A DNA stretch of 64,000 bases from Azolla caroliniana (GCA_043228905.1 JBHGNT010000015.1:15128001-15192000); one strand, 5' to 3'; shown: positions 48,363-60,643, counted from the stretch's first letter. A program made the numbers and translations. The notes: generated from the letters alone by a model not told the origin.

Positions 48363-51300
48363 GGCAGGTGGACTCGATAGGGTTTAGCAACAGTGGTAGC
48401 AACTAACCCACAGTACTCAACTAGAGATGGCCTACGTGATGTGGCAAAGGATCATGCATAATGGACCTAGGAATTCGATATATAATTTATGGTACACATT
48501 TATGGTGCACACATCAATTTATGTTGCACATTTATGGCACTCATTTACATATGTAATTAAAACACTCTAGTATTTTCAATGGTAGTTTTTTGCATACTTA
48601 ATTTATTAATGATGGCTTTTTACTAAAATGACTATTTATCAATGGTAGCTTTTTGCATAGCTAATTAGCTATGTCAAGGACATAGCTAATTGTTTCCACT
48701 CGCATGCTTTCACCCATATGCTCATGTTCCAAAACAGTTAAGGCAGAAACTAGATTTCAAAAGCAAAAAATGTATTTTTCTTGGCTATGGTATAGATGGC
48801 CAGTTTGGATATCGTTTATGGGACCCTAGAACGCGTACTATAGTAAGAAGAAATGATGTCGTTTTCAATGAAAAGATTATGCATAAGTAGCCAATTAAGG
48901 AAGTTGAAGTGAGGAAAGTGGTGTTTCAAGATATTACACCCTCTATTAGTGCGCAAAAGAATAATCCCACACCTATGCGGGACAGTTCTACATATGTTCA
49001 CCCATATGAGGATGTTCAAGATGATGACACATGTGTACAACGTGAGAACATTCCAACTCCCGTTCAGCAACTAGTGAGAAGATCTACTTGTGTCTCTAGG
49101 CCACCTGTTAGGCTCACAGATTATGTGATGTTAATGGATGTAGGTGAACCCTCTTGCTATAAGGAAGCTATGTTGGCTAGTGATCATGCTAAGTGGGAGC
49201 ATGCCATGCAAAGTGAATTGGATAGTATTCATAAATGGTATTTGGGATTTAGTACCTTTGCCAAAGGATAGGAAAGCATTACCATGCAAGTGGGTCTACA
49301 AGTACAAATATATATCTGGTAAGACTTCTCCAAAGTACAAAGCACCCTTGGTAGCAAAAGGTTTCAAGCACAAACAAGCACCCTCTCCTGTAGTTAAGAT
49401 GACTACATTGTGTATGTTGCTTGCACTGGTCATGAACGGGGACTTAGAATTAGTTCAAATGGATGTAAAGACTGCTTTCTTGCATGGGGATCTTGATGAA
49501 GAGATCTATATGGAACAACCAGAAGGTTATCAAGGCTCAGGCAAAGAACATTTGGTATGTAAACTCAAGAAGAGCTTGTACGGGCTTAAGCAGTCCCTAA
49601 GATTGTGGTACCAAAAGTTTGGTGCTTTTATGAAGACTCGGGGGTGCAGTAGAAACAATGAGGATCCTTGTCTTTATACGAAAAAATGTTCAAATGAGAG
49701 TTCTATTATGTTGATGACATGCTTATGGTTGGTAAAAACAAGGATGAATTATCCTCATTGAAGAAAAACTTGAGTCAGACTTTTGACATGAAGATTTGGG
49801 AGATTCAAAACATATTCTTGGTATGTGTATTACTCATGATAGGAGTAAACAACCATCATCTACAAATCCAGCAAAGCAAAGCACTTGTCTCAGGTTGAGT
49901 ACATATCCAAAGTACTCAAGAGGTTTAATATGGAGAATGCAAAGTCGTCAAGCACTCCAGTGCCTACATATGTAAAGCTTAACATGTGTGATTGCCCTAC
50001 ATCTAATGAGGACAAGGAATTCATGACCAAGATTTCTTATCAATCTGCTATTGGTAGTCTTATGTACGCCATGGTGGCTACTAGACTAGACATTGCATTT
50101 GCAATGGGAGCGGTAAGTCAATTCATGTCAAATCCTGGTAAGAAACATTGGGGGAGGGAAAAACTTCTCTACTAAAAAGAAGTAGTGCAAAACTTCTGCC
50201 GCCCTTGTCTATGTGTGTTCTACTCTCTCAAAGTTTCTCCTCTTCATTTTGTTGTCTCTACATTCAAACCCTTGAGAAGAACTGTGGTTCTTTGCTCCAT
50301 TGACTTACAACAGTATGCAACACACTTGCTTCATGATGCATTACTAGATTCCTCTGTAAATGAGACCTTTTTGCAATGTTAATGTATCTTTAAATTGGAG
50401 AAATGTGGAGGCTTACGCTTCACACATATATTATAGATATGTTGAACCTAACTACAAAACCATATTCTTCTACTAATGAAAAACCATACATACCGATACA
50501 GGTTAAAGCATGTTCTTTGTCTACCATCCAAACCATTGCTTCCATGTGACTTAGGTCACATACACTGCAATGTGAGATGGGTTTTTAGTGCACAAGTGAT
50601 GACAATGGTCAAGTATGAACACTTTGCCCGAAACAAGTTTGCGAATCTGAGTATCACACTTTAATACAATGCTTTACCTTTGATCACATTCAAATATTCT
50701 TTCGGCACATCTTTAACCAAAGCCAATCTGTGCATGAATTTTTCTCATAACCACAATGTGCACTCTCGATTGTCTCATAGGTCATAGTTGGCCTCCAAGA
50801 TGATAATAGAATATATATATCTCTCTGTCTCTCTCTCTCTCCACTCGAGCCATCATTGTTTACATTCTATAGCTCATTGGAGAGCTCTTTCAGAGAGCTT
50901 TCTAAGGAATGTTCATTTACTAAATTTCGTTACAGTGGCGAGAAGTTATGAGCATTTTCGTCCACATCCATCTTTGCTCCACGGCTCCTCAAACCCAAGG
51001 TAGATTTTGAAGCCCTAAATCAAGTGAAAGGTACATTTTCTCTCTCCCTCTCTCCCTCTCTCCCTCTCTCTCTTCTCGTAAGGTTTGGTCCTACAATGAC
51101 ACACACTCGTAAGGCCGCCTCAAAGTTCGGGAGTATGATTGATAATGAACCGAAATCACCAACAAATGTTGATTCCAATGCAATAAACACAATGGACAAA
51201 ATGCTTATGAGTCACTTGATTTCTCTTCAAGAAACCATAAACAAGCAAGGTGAAGAGATTAGGATGTTAATGAAAGAGAATGCTAAGCTCCAAACTATTA

Positions 51301-54149
51301 CCATTGAGAATGAAATTCCTAAGAAAGTGGTTGCAAAACTTGAAGAAGAGATTCAAGAATGTAAAAGAGCTTCTTTCGAAACAAATGAGCGCCTTAATAA
51401 GATTGAGTTAAAGGAAGCATTAAAAGAAGAAAAATTAGACAAATGAGGTGGGATGTAACTGAGATGAAAAATGTATGTATAACGAAATCAAGGGCCGATG
51501 TATGTGGTGGGGATGGGGTATCAAACTCATCTAATATGCATGTGATGCATCAAGAGAAGAATATAGAAAGCATAGATGCCCAAGAATTGAAAGAGTGTGA
51601 ATGAAGATCAAAGAACATTGTTATCTGTGGGATTAAAGAGGAGAGTATAGAAACACCTGCTTCCTTTGGAAAGGCCATTGGTGAATTTTTTAGCATGCAT
51701 TATGGGATGTTGGATGTGAATGTAGATGGGGCACATTGAGTTGGGAAACATGCACAATGATGGATGATACAAAGTGGCAGATCATACTCAAAAATAGTTG
51801 GGTATACATCAATGGTACACAATGCTTTGTGAGTGAAGACCGTACTATCTCACAACAAAATGCCCATCGTAAAGCATATGAAGAAAGATTGAAAAATAAG
51901 GTTAAGGATGTGCTTAAAGATGGAAATGTAGGCAAATAGGGACACGTGACCTATGAGACTAAATCACGTCTTTTACGACTATGTTTTTGGAATTGCAATG
52001 GATTCCCATGGAATGCGGGATTCGGCATAGAGGAGTTCATCGATGACTCAGATATCACACTTCTTATTGAAACATGGGAGCATGATACTCAAAGGATTCA
52101 AGGTTTAGGAAACTATAATGTACACTCTTTGATATGGGCGAAAAATCCAAGACAAAGAAGAGGACAAGGAGGGGTGGCATGTTTGATTAAAAAGGAAATA
52201 GAGAAATATGTGTCAATCATAAAAAATGATGAACATAAATGCTACATATGCATCAAAATAGAAACACCTAATGATTTTGCCCACTTTTATCGTTGGATGT
52301 TACATTCCTCATCAAGATTCTAACTTCTATGCTTGTTTGGATAAAGATCAACCTTTTGCAAATCTAGAAGATGATATTGTTTATTTCAAATCCAAAGGGG
52401 AAGTTATTGTCTTTGGTGACATGAATGCTCGTACAAGTTTCCAACTTGATTCACATGAATCTTTCATGCCACATATCTCAAGGATGCAAGAGGATATGCA
52501 AATAAATGTATAGTCGATCTTCTAGCGATTAAAAAGATCCGGACCAATTTGGGAAACTACTCCTACAAATGTGCAATAGTACCGGATTGCTTATTGCAAA
52601 TGGTGTTTCCTTATGGCCCAATACTAACGGCTTTACATGTAGAAAACACAATGGAAATAGTGTGATTGACTATGTTCTACTTTCCGATGGTATTTTGGAT
52701 CGTATACATAAATTCTCACTACGGGAATGGACACCGGAATCCGATCATAGGAATTTATGTATTGATCTCAAATGTATGCATAGGTTTGATTGCGAGAAGG
52801 TCATTGAAGATAGTAAACAAACGCACTTGAGCATGAATCTTAAGCGAGCGCCCATGTATTCCAAGATGGTTGAGGATATGTTACAAATGACAAAGACACA
52901 ACATGGTGCCACACTAGAATGCAAATGGGAAGCTTTTAAGAATGTCATTCTCTCTTGTACAAACAAATGTTTTTTGACCAACCGCACATCATGGAAATGC
53001 ACCAAGAAATGTAAGAAAAAATGGTTTGATAAAGAATGTCATGAAGCTCGAAAGTGCCTTATGGTTTTGGATGTAGTTAAGGATAAAGAAAATCACCAAA
53101 AGCATTTGCATGACTATAAAAGGCTTATTCAAAGAAAGAGACGAATATGGGAAGTTACTCAACAACTTCTCCAAATGCAAGAGAAAGCACATGCATGTGC
53201 TAAATTTTGGGGAAATCTAAAGGGGAAACGTGTTGAGAGTTATGGTGACTTAACTCTTCATGACTTGTCTATGCATTGTAAGAATTATCTCTTGCCAGAA
53301 AGATGATGTGTTATGGTTCTCTTTCACATATGTCTCCCTTCTTTACAATTGAAGATATATGCATAGGACTTAAGAAATTGGCCTCTCGAAAGGCAAGCGA
53401 TCTTCAATGTATAAAAGCTGAAATGCTCAAATGGATGGGAAAGGAAGCACATATATGGATATGTGATATGTTTAATGATGCATTGCAACATGGTATGCCA
53501 TATGATTGAACTATAAATTGGATCAAACCTTTACATAAAGGCGGAGATGTAAATAATGTAAACAACTATCGAACCATCGTGGTTGGCTCATTAATGGCAA
53601 AACTATTTGGATGTATAATGGAATCAAAGATAAGTGTATGGGCAGAAAAAAATGGTAAGAGAGCTTATGGACAAGCTGGTTTTCGAAAACACCATAGGAT
53701 CATTGATCATCTTGTCACTCTTCTAGTATTAATGGAGGAAACTCGCCTTAGAGGTAAAGGTTTATATTGTTGCTTTGTAGACTTCAAGAAAGCTTTTGAT
53801 ATGGTACCTCATGAGCATCTTTGGAGGCGGATGGAAGAATTTGAGGTGCCAAGTGAATATGTGCTTGCAATTTCCCAAATATATGAGAAGGTTATATGTT
53901 GTGTGCGTATGAGAGATAGACTTTCAGATTTTTTCAATAGCACTATTGGTGTCAAGCAAGGATGCCCACTCTCACCAACATTATTTGGTCTATGCATTGA
54001 TGAATTAGAAGAAATGGTTACCAAGTTTGTAAAGGAAGAATGTGTTGAAGAAGTTGCCATTGGGAATGTTGTGATTATGCTTTTGTTATATGCGGATGAT
54101 GTAGTGCTTTTTGCAAATACTTCAAGGGATTCACAAAAGCTTATGAAGG

Positions 54150-54790
54150 TGTGAGAGTGATTTTAGAATTAAGGGTATTGGACACTACAAAAATATAAGG
54201 TATAGAGCATTCACATCCAGAGGCCAAGAACAGGAGCTAAGGTTTGGAAGATAAGTCAAACTAAAAGCAAGAAAGATGGAGAAAAGTAAAAGAAGAAAAA
54301 AGCGGGCCACCAAAACACATTCTACAACGAACGCTCATAACTCATTTTTTTGGATGCAAAACATCATGTTCAAATATGGGTTATAAAGCTTATGAAGAGA
54401 GCTATCTGTAGCTTTTTAAAGCTCTAAATTTGGAGCTTGGATGAGGGAGATATGATGATTAGAAGATCGATGTGTCATAGCTAAGAATAGGAGATGGAAA
54501 AGTTCTAAAAAAAGCGTGGAAAAGAAAGCAAGGGAAACTTATCTAGTAGAGGAGAACTTCATATAAAGCGAGAAGAGTAAGGTGGTGGAAAAGTGCAGTC
54601 TACTTCTTGTGGTGTTTTTCTTGCCTATTCATGTAGTGTGGTTGTGTTGTTATCCATATATCTTTGTAGACTTAGATTTATATATCTTCTTTCTCTCTTC
54701 CTTCCATCATGATTATTCATTATCAATAGATCTTTGTAGTTTTGGATCTATATATCTTCCTTCTCTCTTCTTTCTATCATCTCTCTATCA
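54150..54790. mobile_element. Solo LTR (641 bp) in the LINE RT
   Basis: TG...CA ends; TSD GAAGG at 54145-54149 and 54791-54795. Confidence 0.85.
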
Positions 54791-55449
54791 GAAGGCATTG
54801 GAAAAAATTTGCATGCATAGTAGATTGTTGGGATTACGGTCCCTTTCGGATGGGATGGTCGGATGTCGGAGATGAATGACGACAAGCCCGGTTTCGGTTT
54901 CGGAACCGGATGATGAAGATCCCGGTTACGGAGCCGGATGACGAATGTACCCGGAGAGAGATCCGGATGCGGGGATATATTCGTGAATATGTTTGCCAAG
55001 AGCCCTTGAGGCTATAGTTGTAAATAGCCCGAAAGTCATATGTGTATAAATATGACTTAGGGCAAACAGTTTTAATGTTGCTACTCATTTTTCTGTTTTT
55101 CCACTCAAGAGGAGTGAAGAGAGAGCAGCCGTGAGAGAGATAGAGCGTGAGAGAGGAAGAGGTCGACGCCTCTGTGTATTTCCGCCGCCTGTGGCGAGGA
55201 CAGCGAGCTCAAGGTCGTCGCCTTGCAGCTCGCCATTGTATACTTCTCTGTGCATAGTTTTGCTTCGGAGTCTTGTACTCCCGTGGTTTTTCCCGTACAG
55301 GGTTTTCCACGTTAAATCGTGTGTCCACTGCATTTCCCATTTTTTGCAACAACGATTCGTGTGTTTTCCTTGGTTGTGGCCGAGAGGTGAAGTTTGGAAA
55401 GTTTCGATTATTTCCATCAATTTGGTATCAGAGCGAGTTGCTGCAGAAA

Positions 55450-58400
55450 ATGGAAGGCGGCGGCAGCGGGCAGCTGGGGATGATGGTGCTGAATGCGCAG
55501 AATTACGCCGACTGGAAGATCAAGATGGAGGATCTTCTGATTGTTCGGGACCTGTACGAACCGATTGACAGGTCGGAAATACCGAAGGGGGTACTTGAGT
55601 CGGAATGGAGGCTTCTGAACCGGAAAGCCGTTGCAACCATTCGGCAATACGTAGACGTGAGCGTTCTACAACATGTGGCGAACGACACCAACGCATATGA
55701 GATGTGGCGGAAGCTGTCGGGCCTCTATGAGAGGAAGAATGCGTTGAACCGGACCTCCCTCATGAGGAAGATAGTGAACCTCAAGTACCGGGACGGCGAG
55801 AGTATGGTGGAACACGTAAGCACGTTCATGGGATTCGTGAACCAGCTTGCGGCGATCAAGTTCCCGCTGGAGGATGCAATGCAAGCCATCATTCTGATGT
55901 GTACATTGCCGGAAAGCTGGGAGAACTTGGTGGTGACTCTCAGCACCTCCTGCACCGAAGATAACTTGTCCCTACAAACGGTAAAGACAAGTATTTTGAA
56001 CGAAGAAGCGCGTCGGAGAGATAAAGAACCGGCCTCCGACTCGAAGGCGCTGCTTACCGAATCGGATCGGGGAAGACAATGGAACCGGAGTCCGCAAGGA
56101 CGGGAGAAGTCGGGGACCCGGTCGCAGTCAAGAGGAAGGCCCACATGCTTCCACTGTGGGAAGCCGGGGCACTTCCGAAAGAATTGTCGGCATTACCGAA
56201 AAGACAACGGAGCCGACGACACCGATTCGAAGAAGTCTTCGGAACGGAACGGTGCTTACCGGGGAGCCACGGACCGGAATGGTTCGGATCGGCGAGGGCA
56301 GGACCGGAAAGGAACGACGGCACTCGCGGCAAGTGAAGAGGAGATCATGCTCATCACCGAAGAAGGTGAACTAAACATTGCCGGCGATGAGACTACCTGG
56401 GTGGTCGATTCCGGAGCGTCGTTCCACCTGACCCCGGAAAGAAGATACTTCTCATCCTATACAGCCGGTGAGCATGGCTGTGTTCGGATGGGAAATGAAG
56501 GTACGTGCCAGATTGCCGGCATAGGAGACGTGTGGTTGACAACCCCGACCGGATGCAAAATGCTGCTGAAGGATGTCCGACACGTTCCGGAGGTTCGATT
56601 GAACCTGATTTCGGCCGGGAGGCTAGACGATGAAGGCTATACAGGTAGCATCCGGAACGGCGTAATGAAGTTCAGCAAGGGAAGCCTGATAGTGGCTCGG
56701 GCCCGGAAAGTCAACACACTGTACCTTATGAATGCCTGGTTGTGTCCGGAAGAGTTGAACGTGGCAGCCGACACTGCCGGTGAGCTGTGGCACAAGAGAC
56801 TGTGCCACATGAGTGAGAAGGGGATGAAGAGGCTTGCAGAAGACAACCTTATTCCAGTGAAGCATGTGCACCTGGAGAAGTGCACCGATTGCCTGGCCGG
56901 TAAGCAGAACCGAACCTCCTTCCACTCAAGGCCACCGACGAGACGTAGCGCACCATTGGAGTTGGTGCATACTGATGTGTGTCAGGTAGAAACGAAGTCA
57001 CATGGCGGAGCCCAGTACTTCGTGACATTCATTGATGATCACAGCCGGAAGCTGTGGACGGCACCGTTGAAGACAAAGGACCAAGTGTTGTCCGTCTTCA
57101 AAGAACTCCACGCGAGAGTGGAAAGGGAATCCGGCAAGAAGCTGAAAGCGATACGAGCGGATAACGGAGGGGAATACCGGGGGCAGTTTGCGGAGTACTG
57201 TCGCTCGAAGGGAATCCGGCTCGAGTTTACTGTGCCGAAGACGCCGGAACTAAACGGGCTGGCCGAGAGGATGAACCGGACCATAATGGAGAGAGTCCGG
57301 AGTATGCTGGCGCATGCGGAATTACCCAAGGGGTTTTGGGCTGAGGCGATGTCGACGGCGACATACGTGATAAACAGATCACCCTCAGTACCTTTGGACG
57401 GAGACACTCCGCAGAGAGTGTGGACCGGTAGGGAAGTATCCTACCGGCATCTGAAGGTGTTCGGGTGTCTCGCATATGTGCATGTGGCTAAGGACCGGAG
57501 AGGAAAGCTAGATCCAAAGACCCGGCCATGCATATTCCTCGGTTACGGCGATGACGAGTTCGGCTACCGAGTATGGGACCCGGTCGACAAGAAGATATTC
57601 CGGAGTCGTGATATCATCTTCATGGAGAACAAGACACTCGCCGACTGGGAGTCAGAGAAGAAGATGAAGAGCTCCAAGTCGACCGGTGAGGATCAACTCT
57701 ACGAGGAGCAGTCCCGACCGGCAAGGGACCGGTTAGCACTCGAGGATCCGGCCGAAGACGGTGAAGAAACAGAACCGGCCGAGGAAGATGAAACTGATAC
57801 CGGAACCGGCCCCGATCCCGAAATGGATTCGGATGAAGAGGAAACGGAGGAGCCAGTCACCGAAGCTCCGGAACGGAGATATCCTCTAAGAGAGAGAAGG
57901 GCCCCCCGGAGATTTCCGGAACCAGAGCACGTGCTGCTAACCGACGAAGGGGAGCCGGAGAGCTTTGAAGAAGCAAAGCATGACACCCAGAGCCGCAGGT
58001 GGTTGAGTGCCATGCAGGACGAGATGGATTCCCTGCATGAGAACCACACATATGAACTTGTGGAGTTGCCAAAAGGAAAGCGGGCACTTCGAAACAAGTG
58101 GGTGTTCAAGCTGAAACCGGGAGATGCCAGAAACCCCCCGAGATACAAAGCCAGGATCGTGGTGAAGGGGTTTCAGCAGAAGAAGGGCGTCGACTTCGAC
58201 GAGATATTTGCCCCGGTAGTGAAGATGACCTCCATCCGGACGGTGCTGAGCATAGCGGCAAGCATGGACCTCGAGGTAGAACAGATGGACGTGAAGACGG
58301 CATTCCTTCACGGTGACCTCGAAGAAGAGATCTACATGCAGCAACCGGAAGGATTCGAGAAGAAAGGGAAGGAGCACCTGGTATGCCGGTTGAAGAAGAG

Positions 58401-59523
58401 CCTTTACGGACTGAAGCAGGCTCCCCGGCAATGGTACCGGAAGTTCGACTCTTTCATGACCGACGAAGGGTACCTCAAAACGCAGTCCGACCACTGCGTG
58501 TTTGTGAAGAAGTTCGAAGGAGGAGACTTTCTAATACTCCTCCTGTACGTGGACGACATGTTGATCGTCGGACGAGACCAGGTCAAGATACGGATGCTGA
58601 AGAAGGCTCTTCACCGAACCTTCTCAATGAAGGACTTGGGTCCGGCGAGACAAATACTAGGGATGCACATCATCCGGGACCGGAGCAAGAAGCAGTTGTG
58701 GCTGTCACAGGAGAAGTACGTGACAAAGGTGCTTAAACGGTTCAACATGTCGGAAGCAAGACCGGTCGGGTCAACCCTCCCGGCAAACTGCAAGCTGTCC
58801 AGCAAGCAAAGCCCCAAGACAAAGGCTGAGAAGGAGGACATGATGAAAGTGCCATATGCCTCTGCCGTCGGAAGCTTGATGTACGCAATGGTGTGTACCC
58901 GACCGGACATCGGATATGCAGTCGGAGTGGTGAGCCGGTACATGAGCAATCCCGGCAAAGAGCATTGGAACGCGGCCAAGTGGATACTCCGATACCTGAA
59001 GGGCACGGCAAACGTGTGCCTCCGATTCGGCTCCGGTAAGCCCGAACTTGACGGTTTTACCGATTCGGATATGTCGGCTGATGGAGATACCAGTCGGTCC
59101 ACATCCGGGTATGTGATGACCTATGCAGGGGGAGCCGTTTCGTGGCAGTCGAGGCTGCAGAAGACGGTTGCGTTGTCAACCACGGAGGCGGAGTACATGG
59201 CAGCTGTTGAAGCCGGCAAGGAAATAATATGGATGAAGGACTTCATTAGAGAGCTCGGGATCCGGCAGGAGGAGTACCGACTCTACTGCGATAGTCAGAG
59301 TGCCATCCACCTTGCAAAGAACGCGGCCTACCATTCCCGGACGAAACACATCCAGCGTAGATACCACTGGATCCGGGAAAGGATAGAAGACAAGGAGTTC
59401 GTGCTGACGAAGATCCACACGGACGAGAACGGGTCGGATATGCTGACCAAGGTGCTCACACCCGACAAGCTGGAAGCATGCCGGAAGAGGATCGGATTGG
59501 AGAGACATCCCATGCCGAAGTGA
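55450..59523 (+). CDS. Copia gag-pol polyprotein, 1357 aa from the first ATG after the PBS
   Basis: CFHCGKPGHFRKNC; WVVDSGAS; HTDVC..ADNGGEY..NGLAER; YVDDML; FTDSD..TKHIQRRYH. Confidence 0.96.
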   Translation: MEGGGSGQLGMMVLNAQNYADWKIKMEDLLIVRDLYEPIDRSEIPKGVLESEWRLLNRKAVATIRQYVDVSVLQHVANDTNAYEMWRKLSGLYERKNALNRTSLMRKIVNLKYRDGESMVEHVSTFMGFVNQLAAIKFPLEDAMQAIILMCTLPESWENLVVTLSTSCTEDNLSLQTVKTSILNEEARRRDKEPASDSKALLTESDRGRQWNRSPQGREKSGTRSQSRGRPTCFHCGKPGHFRKNCRHYRKDNGADDTDSKKSSERNGAYRGATDRNGSDRRGQDRKGTTALAASEEEIMLITEEGELNIAGDETTWVVDSGASFHLTPERRYFSSYTAGEHGCVRMGNEGTCQIAGIGDVWLTTPTGCKMLLKDVRHVPEVRLNLISAGRLDDEGYTGSIRNGVMKFSKGSLIVARARKVNTLYLMNAWLCPEELNVAADTAGELWHKRLCHMSEKGMKRLAEDNLIPVKHVHLEKCTDCLAGKQNRTSFHSRPPTRRSAPLELVHTDVCQVETKSHGGAQYFVTFIDDHSRKLWTAPLKTKDQVLSVFKELHARVERESGKKLKAIRADNGGEYRGQFAEYCRSKGIRLEFTVPKTPELNGLAERMNRTIMERVRSMLAHAELPKGFWAEAMSTATYVINRSPSVPLDGDTPQRVWTGREVSYRHLKVFGCLAYVHVAKDRRGKLDPKTRPCIFLGYGDDEFGYRVWDPVDKKIFRSRDIIFMENKTLADWESEKKMKSSKSTGEDQLYEEQSRPARDRLALEDPAEDGEETEPAEEDETDTGTGPDPEMDSDEEETEEPVTEAPERRYPLRERRAPRRFPEPEHVLLTDEGEPESFEEAKHDTQSRRWLSAMQDEMDSLHENHTYELVELPKGKRALRNKWVFKLKPGDARNPPRYKARIVVKGFQQKKGVDFDEIFAPVVKMTSIRTVLSIAASMDLEVEQMDVKTAFLHGDLEEEIYMQQPEGFEKKGKEHLVCRLKKSLYGLKQAPRQWYRKFDSFMTDEGYLKTQSDHCVFVKKFEGGDFLILLLYVDDMLIVGRDQVKIRMLKKALHRTFSMKDLGPARQILGMHIIRDRSKKQLWLSQEKYVTKVLKRFNMSEARPVGSTLPANCKLSSKQSPKTKAEKEDMMKVPYASAVGSLMYAMVCTRPDIGYAVGVVSRYMSNPGKEHWNAAKWILRYLKGTANVCLRFGSGKPELDGFTDSDMSADGDTSRSTSGYVMTYAGGAVSWQSRLQKTVALSTTEAEYMAAVEAGKEIIWMKDFIRELGIRQEEYRLYCDSQSAIHLAKNAAYHSRTKHIQRRYHWIRERIEDKEFVLTKIHTDENGSDMLTKVLTPDKLEACRKRIGLERHPMPK

Positions 59524-60570
59524 AGGGGGAGTTTGTTGGGATTACGGTCCCTTTCGGATGGGATGGTCGGATGTCGGAGATGAATGACGACAAGCCCGGT
59601 TTCGGTTTCGGAACCGGATGATGAAGATCCCGGTTACGGAGCCGGATGACGAATGTACCCGGAGAGAGATCCGGATGCGGGGATATATTCGTGAATATGT
59701 TTGCCAAGAGCCCTTGAGGCTATAGTTGTAAATAGCCCGAAAGTCATATGTGTATAAATATGACTTAGGGCAAACAGTTTTAATGTTGCTACTCATTTTT
59801 CTGTTTTTCCACTCAAGAGGAGTGAAGAGAGAGCAGCCGTGAGAGAGATAGAGCGTGAGAGAGGAAGAGGTCGACGCTGTCGTGCCTTTCGGCTCCGGAT
59901 CGTTTGCGTGAGTCGGGTGGGAACCGCCGGGGTTTTGGACTAGGAGGAGGAAGAATTTGAGGCTAATCTAGTTATGAATATGAATAGATTATAAGAAAGA
60001 GATATAGAAACTTGTGAATCCCACAAGTATAATTGTTTTAGTTTATCTAAATCGTAGTAATAAATTGAAATAATTTAGAATAGATTAGAGTAGATTGAGA
60101 AAAGAGATCAAACCTTGTGAATCCCACAAGTATTACATTAATCAATATTTATGTAAGAATATGAATTTAGATTGAAAGAGATAGATTATCTTAAACTTCG
60201 TGAATCCCACGAGTATATTTTATTGATTGTTGGTGTTTTAGGAAATATATCCAATTTCCCAAATATTTTTCACACCTATTACATTGTGCTCCCCATCCTT
60301 ATGTAGTGATGGGAGAGACTAAGCATAGCTACATGCTTTTTTTCTAATATGTTCATGCACACTAAATGTGCATGTGATGCTTTTCTAATCCTTGCTTTTA
60401 TTTGCTAAATATAGTGCTCATGCATGCTAGATGTGCATGAGTCACTTTTTAGTCGCTTGCGTTTTTCTATAAAATATTCACGCACTCTAAAAATACATGA
60501 TTTACCTTTTAATAAAGGTAGGCGCAAATAAAGCACTTATAGTTATTAAATCTATTTATAGAACACTAAA

Positions 60571-60643
60571 GATAAGGTAGCATAATGGTAAAGTTGAGGT
60601 TTGGCTACGTGGAGGTACAGGGTTCAAATCCTGCCCTATGCAC
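60571..60643 (+). promoter_or_regulatory. tRNA-like Pol III internal promoter cassette inside the LTR (second copy at about 63058-63130)
   Basis: A-box-like TAGCATAATGG, B box GGTTCAAATCC in a CAGG/CCTG hairpin, tRNA-like spacing, downstream T-runs. Confidence 0.6.

Larger units (their letters stand above)
37744..48715 (-). mobile_element. 10,972-bp TIR DNA transposon, Sola2-like, with transposase and accessory gene
   Basis: 25-bp TIRs GGGT(A/G)AAAGCATGCGAGTGGAAACA at 37744-37768 and 48691-48715 (one mismatch); 4-bp TSD ATAT at 37740-37743 and 48716-48719; excision restores the host integrase CEAYAHVP; GRG..CYC termini with a 4-bp TSD fit Sola2. Confidence 0.9.
34179..50312 (+). mobile_element. 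Decayed Ty1/Copia element, interrupted by a solo LTR and by the Sola2-type transposon
   Basis: Terminal direct repeats 34179-34457 and 50052-50312; degenerate PBS tggtattagagc at 34459-34470; broken gag (KFDGTNFALWK), protease (WMLDSS), integrase (WHGRLGH, SDNGGEY) and RT ([19 protein letters not shown]); no RNase H seen; no TSD seen. Confidence 0.85.

Noticed and set aside
55273-55449. N-terminal extension of the Copia polyprotein in the ORF track
   Set aside because: It starts at a non-ATG codon inside the LTR and crosses the PBS; the ATG at 55450 is the plausible start.
55417-59513. Many antisense and alternative-frame ORFs over the Copia polyproteins (also 13078-16752)
   Set aside because: Expected by-product of GC-rich coding sequence; no recognisable domains.
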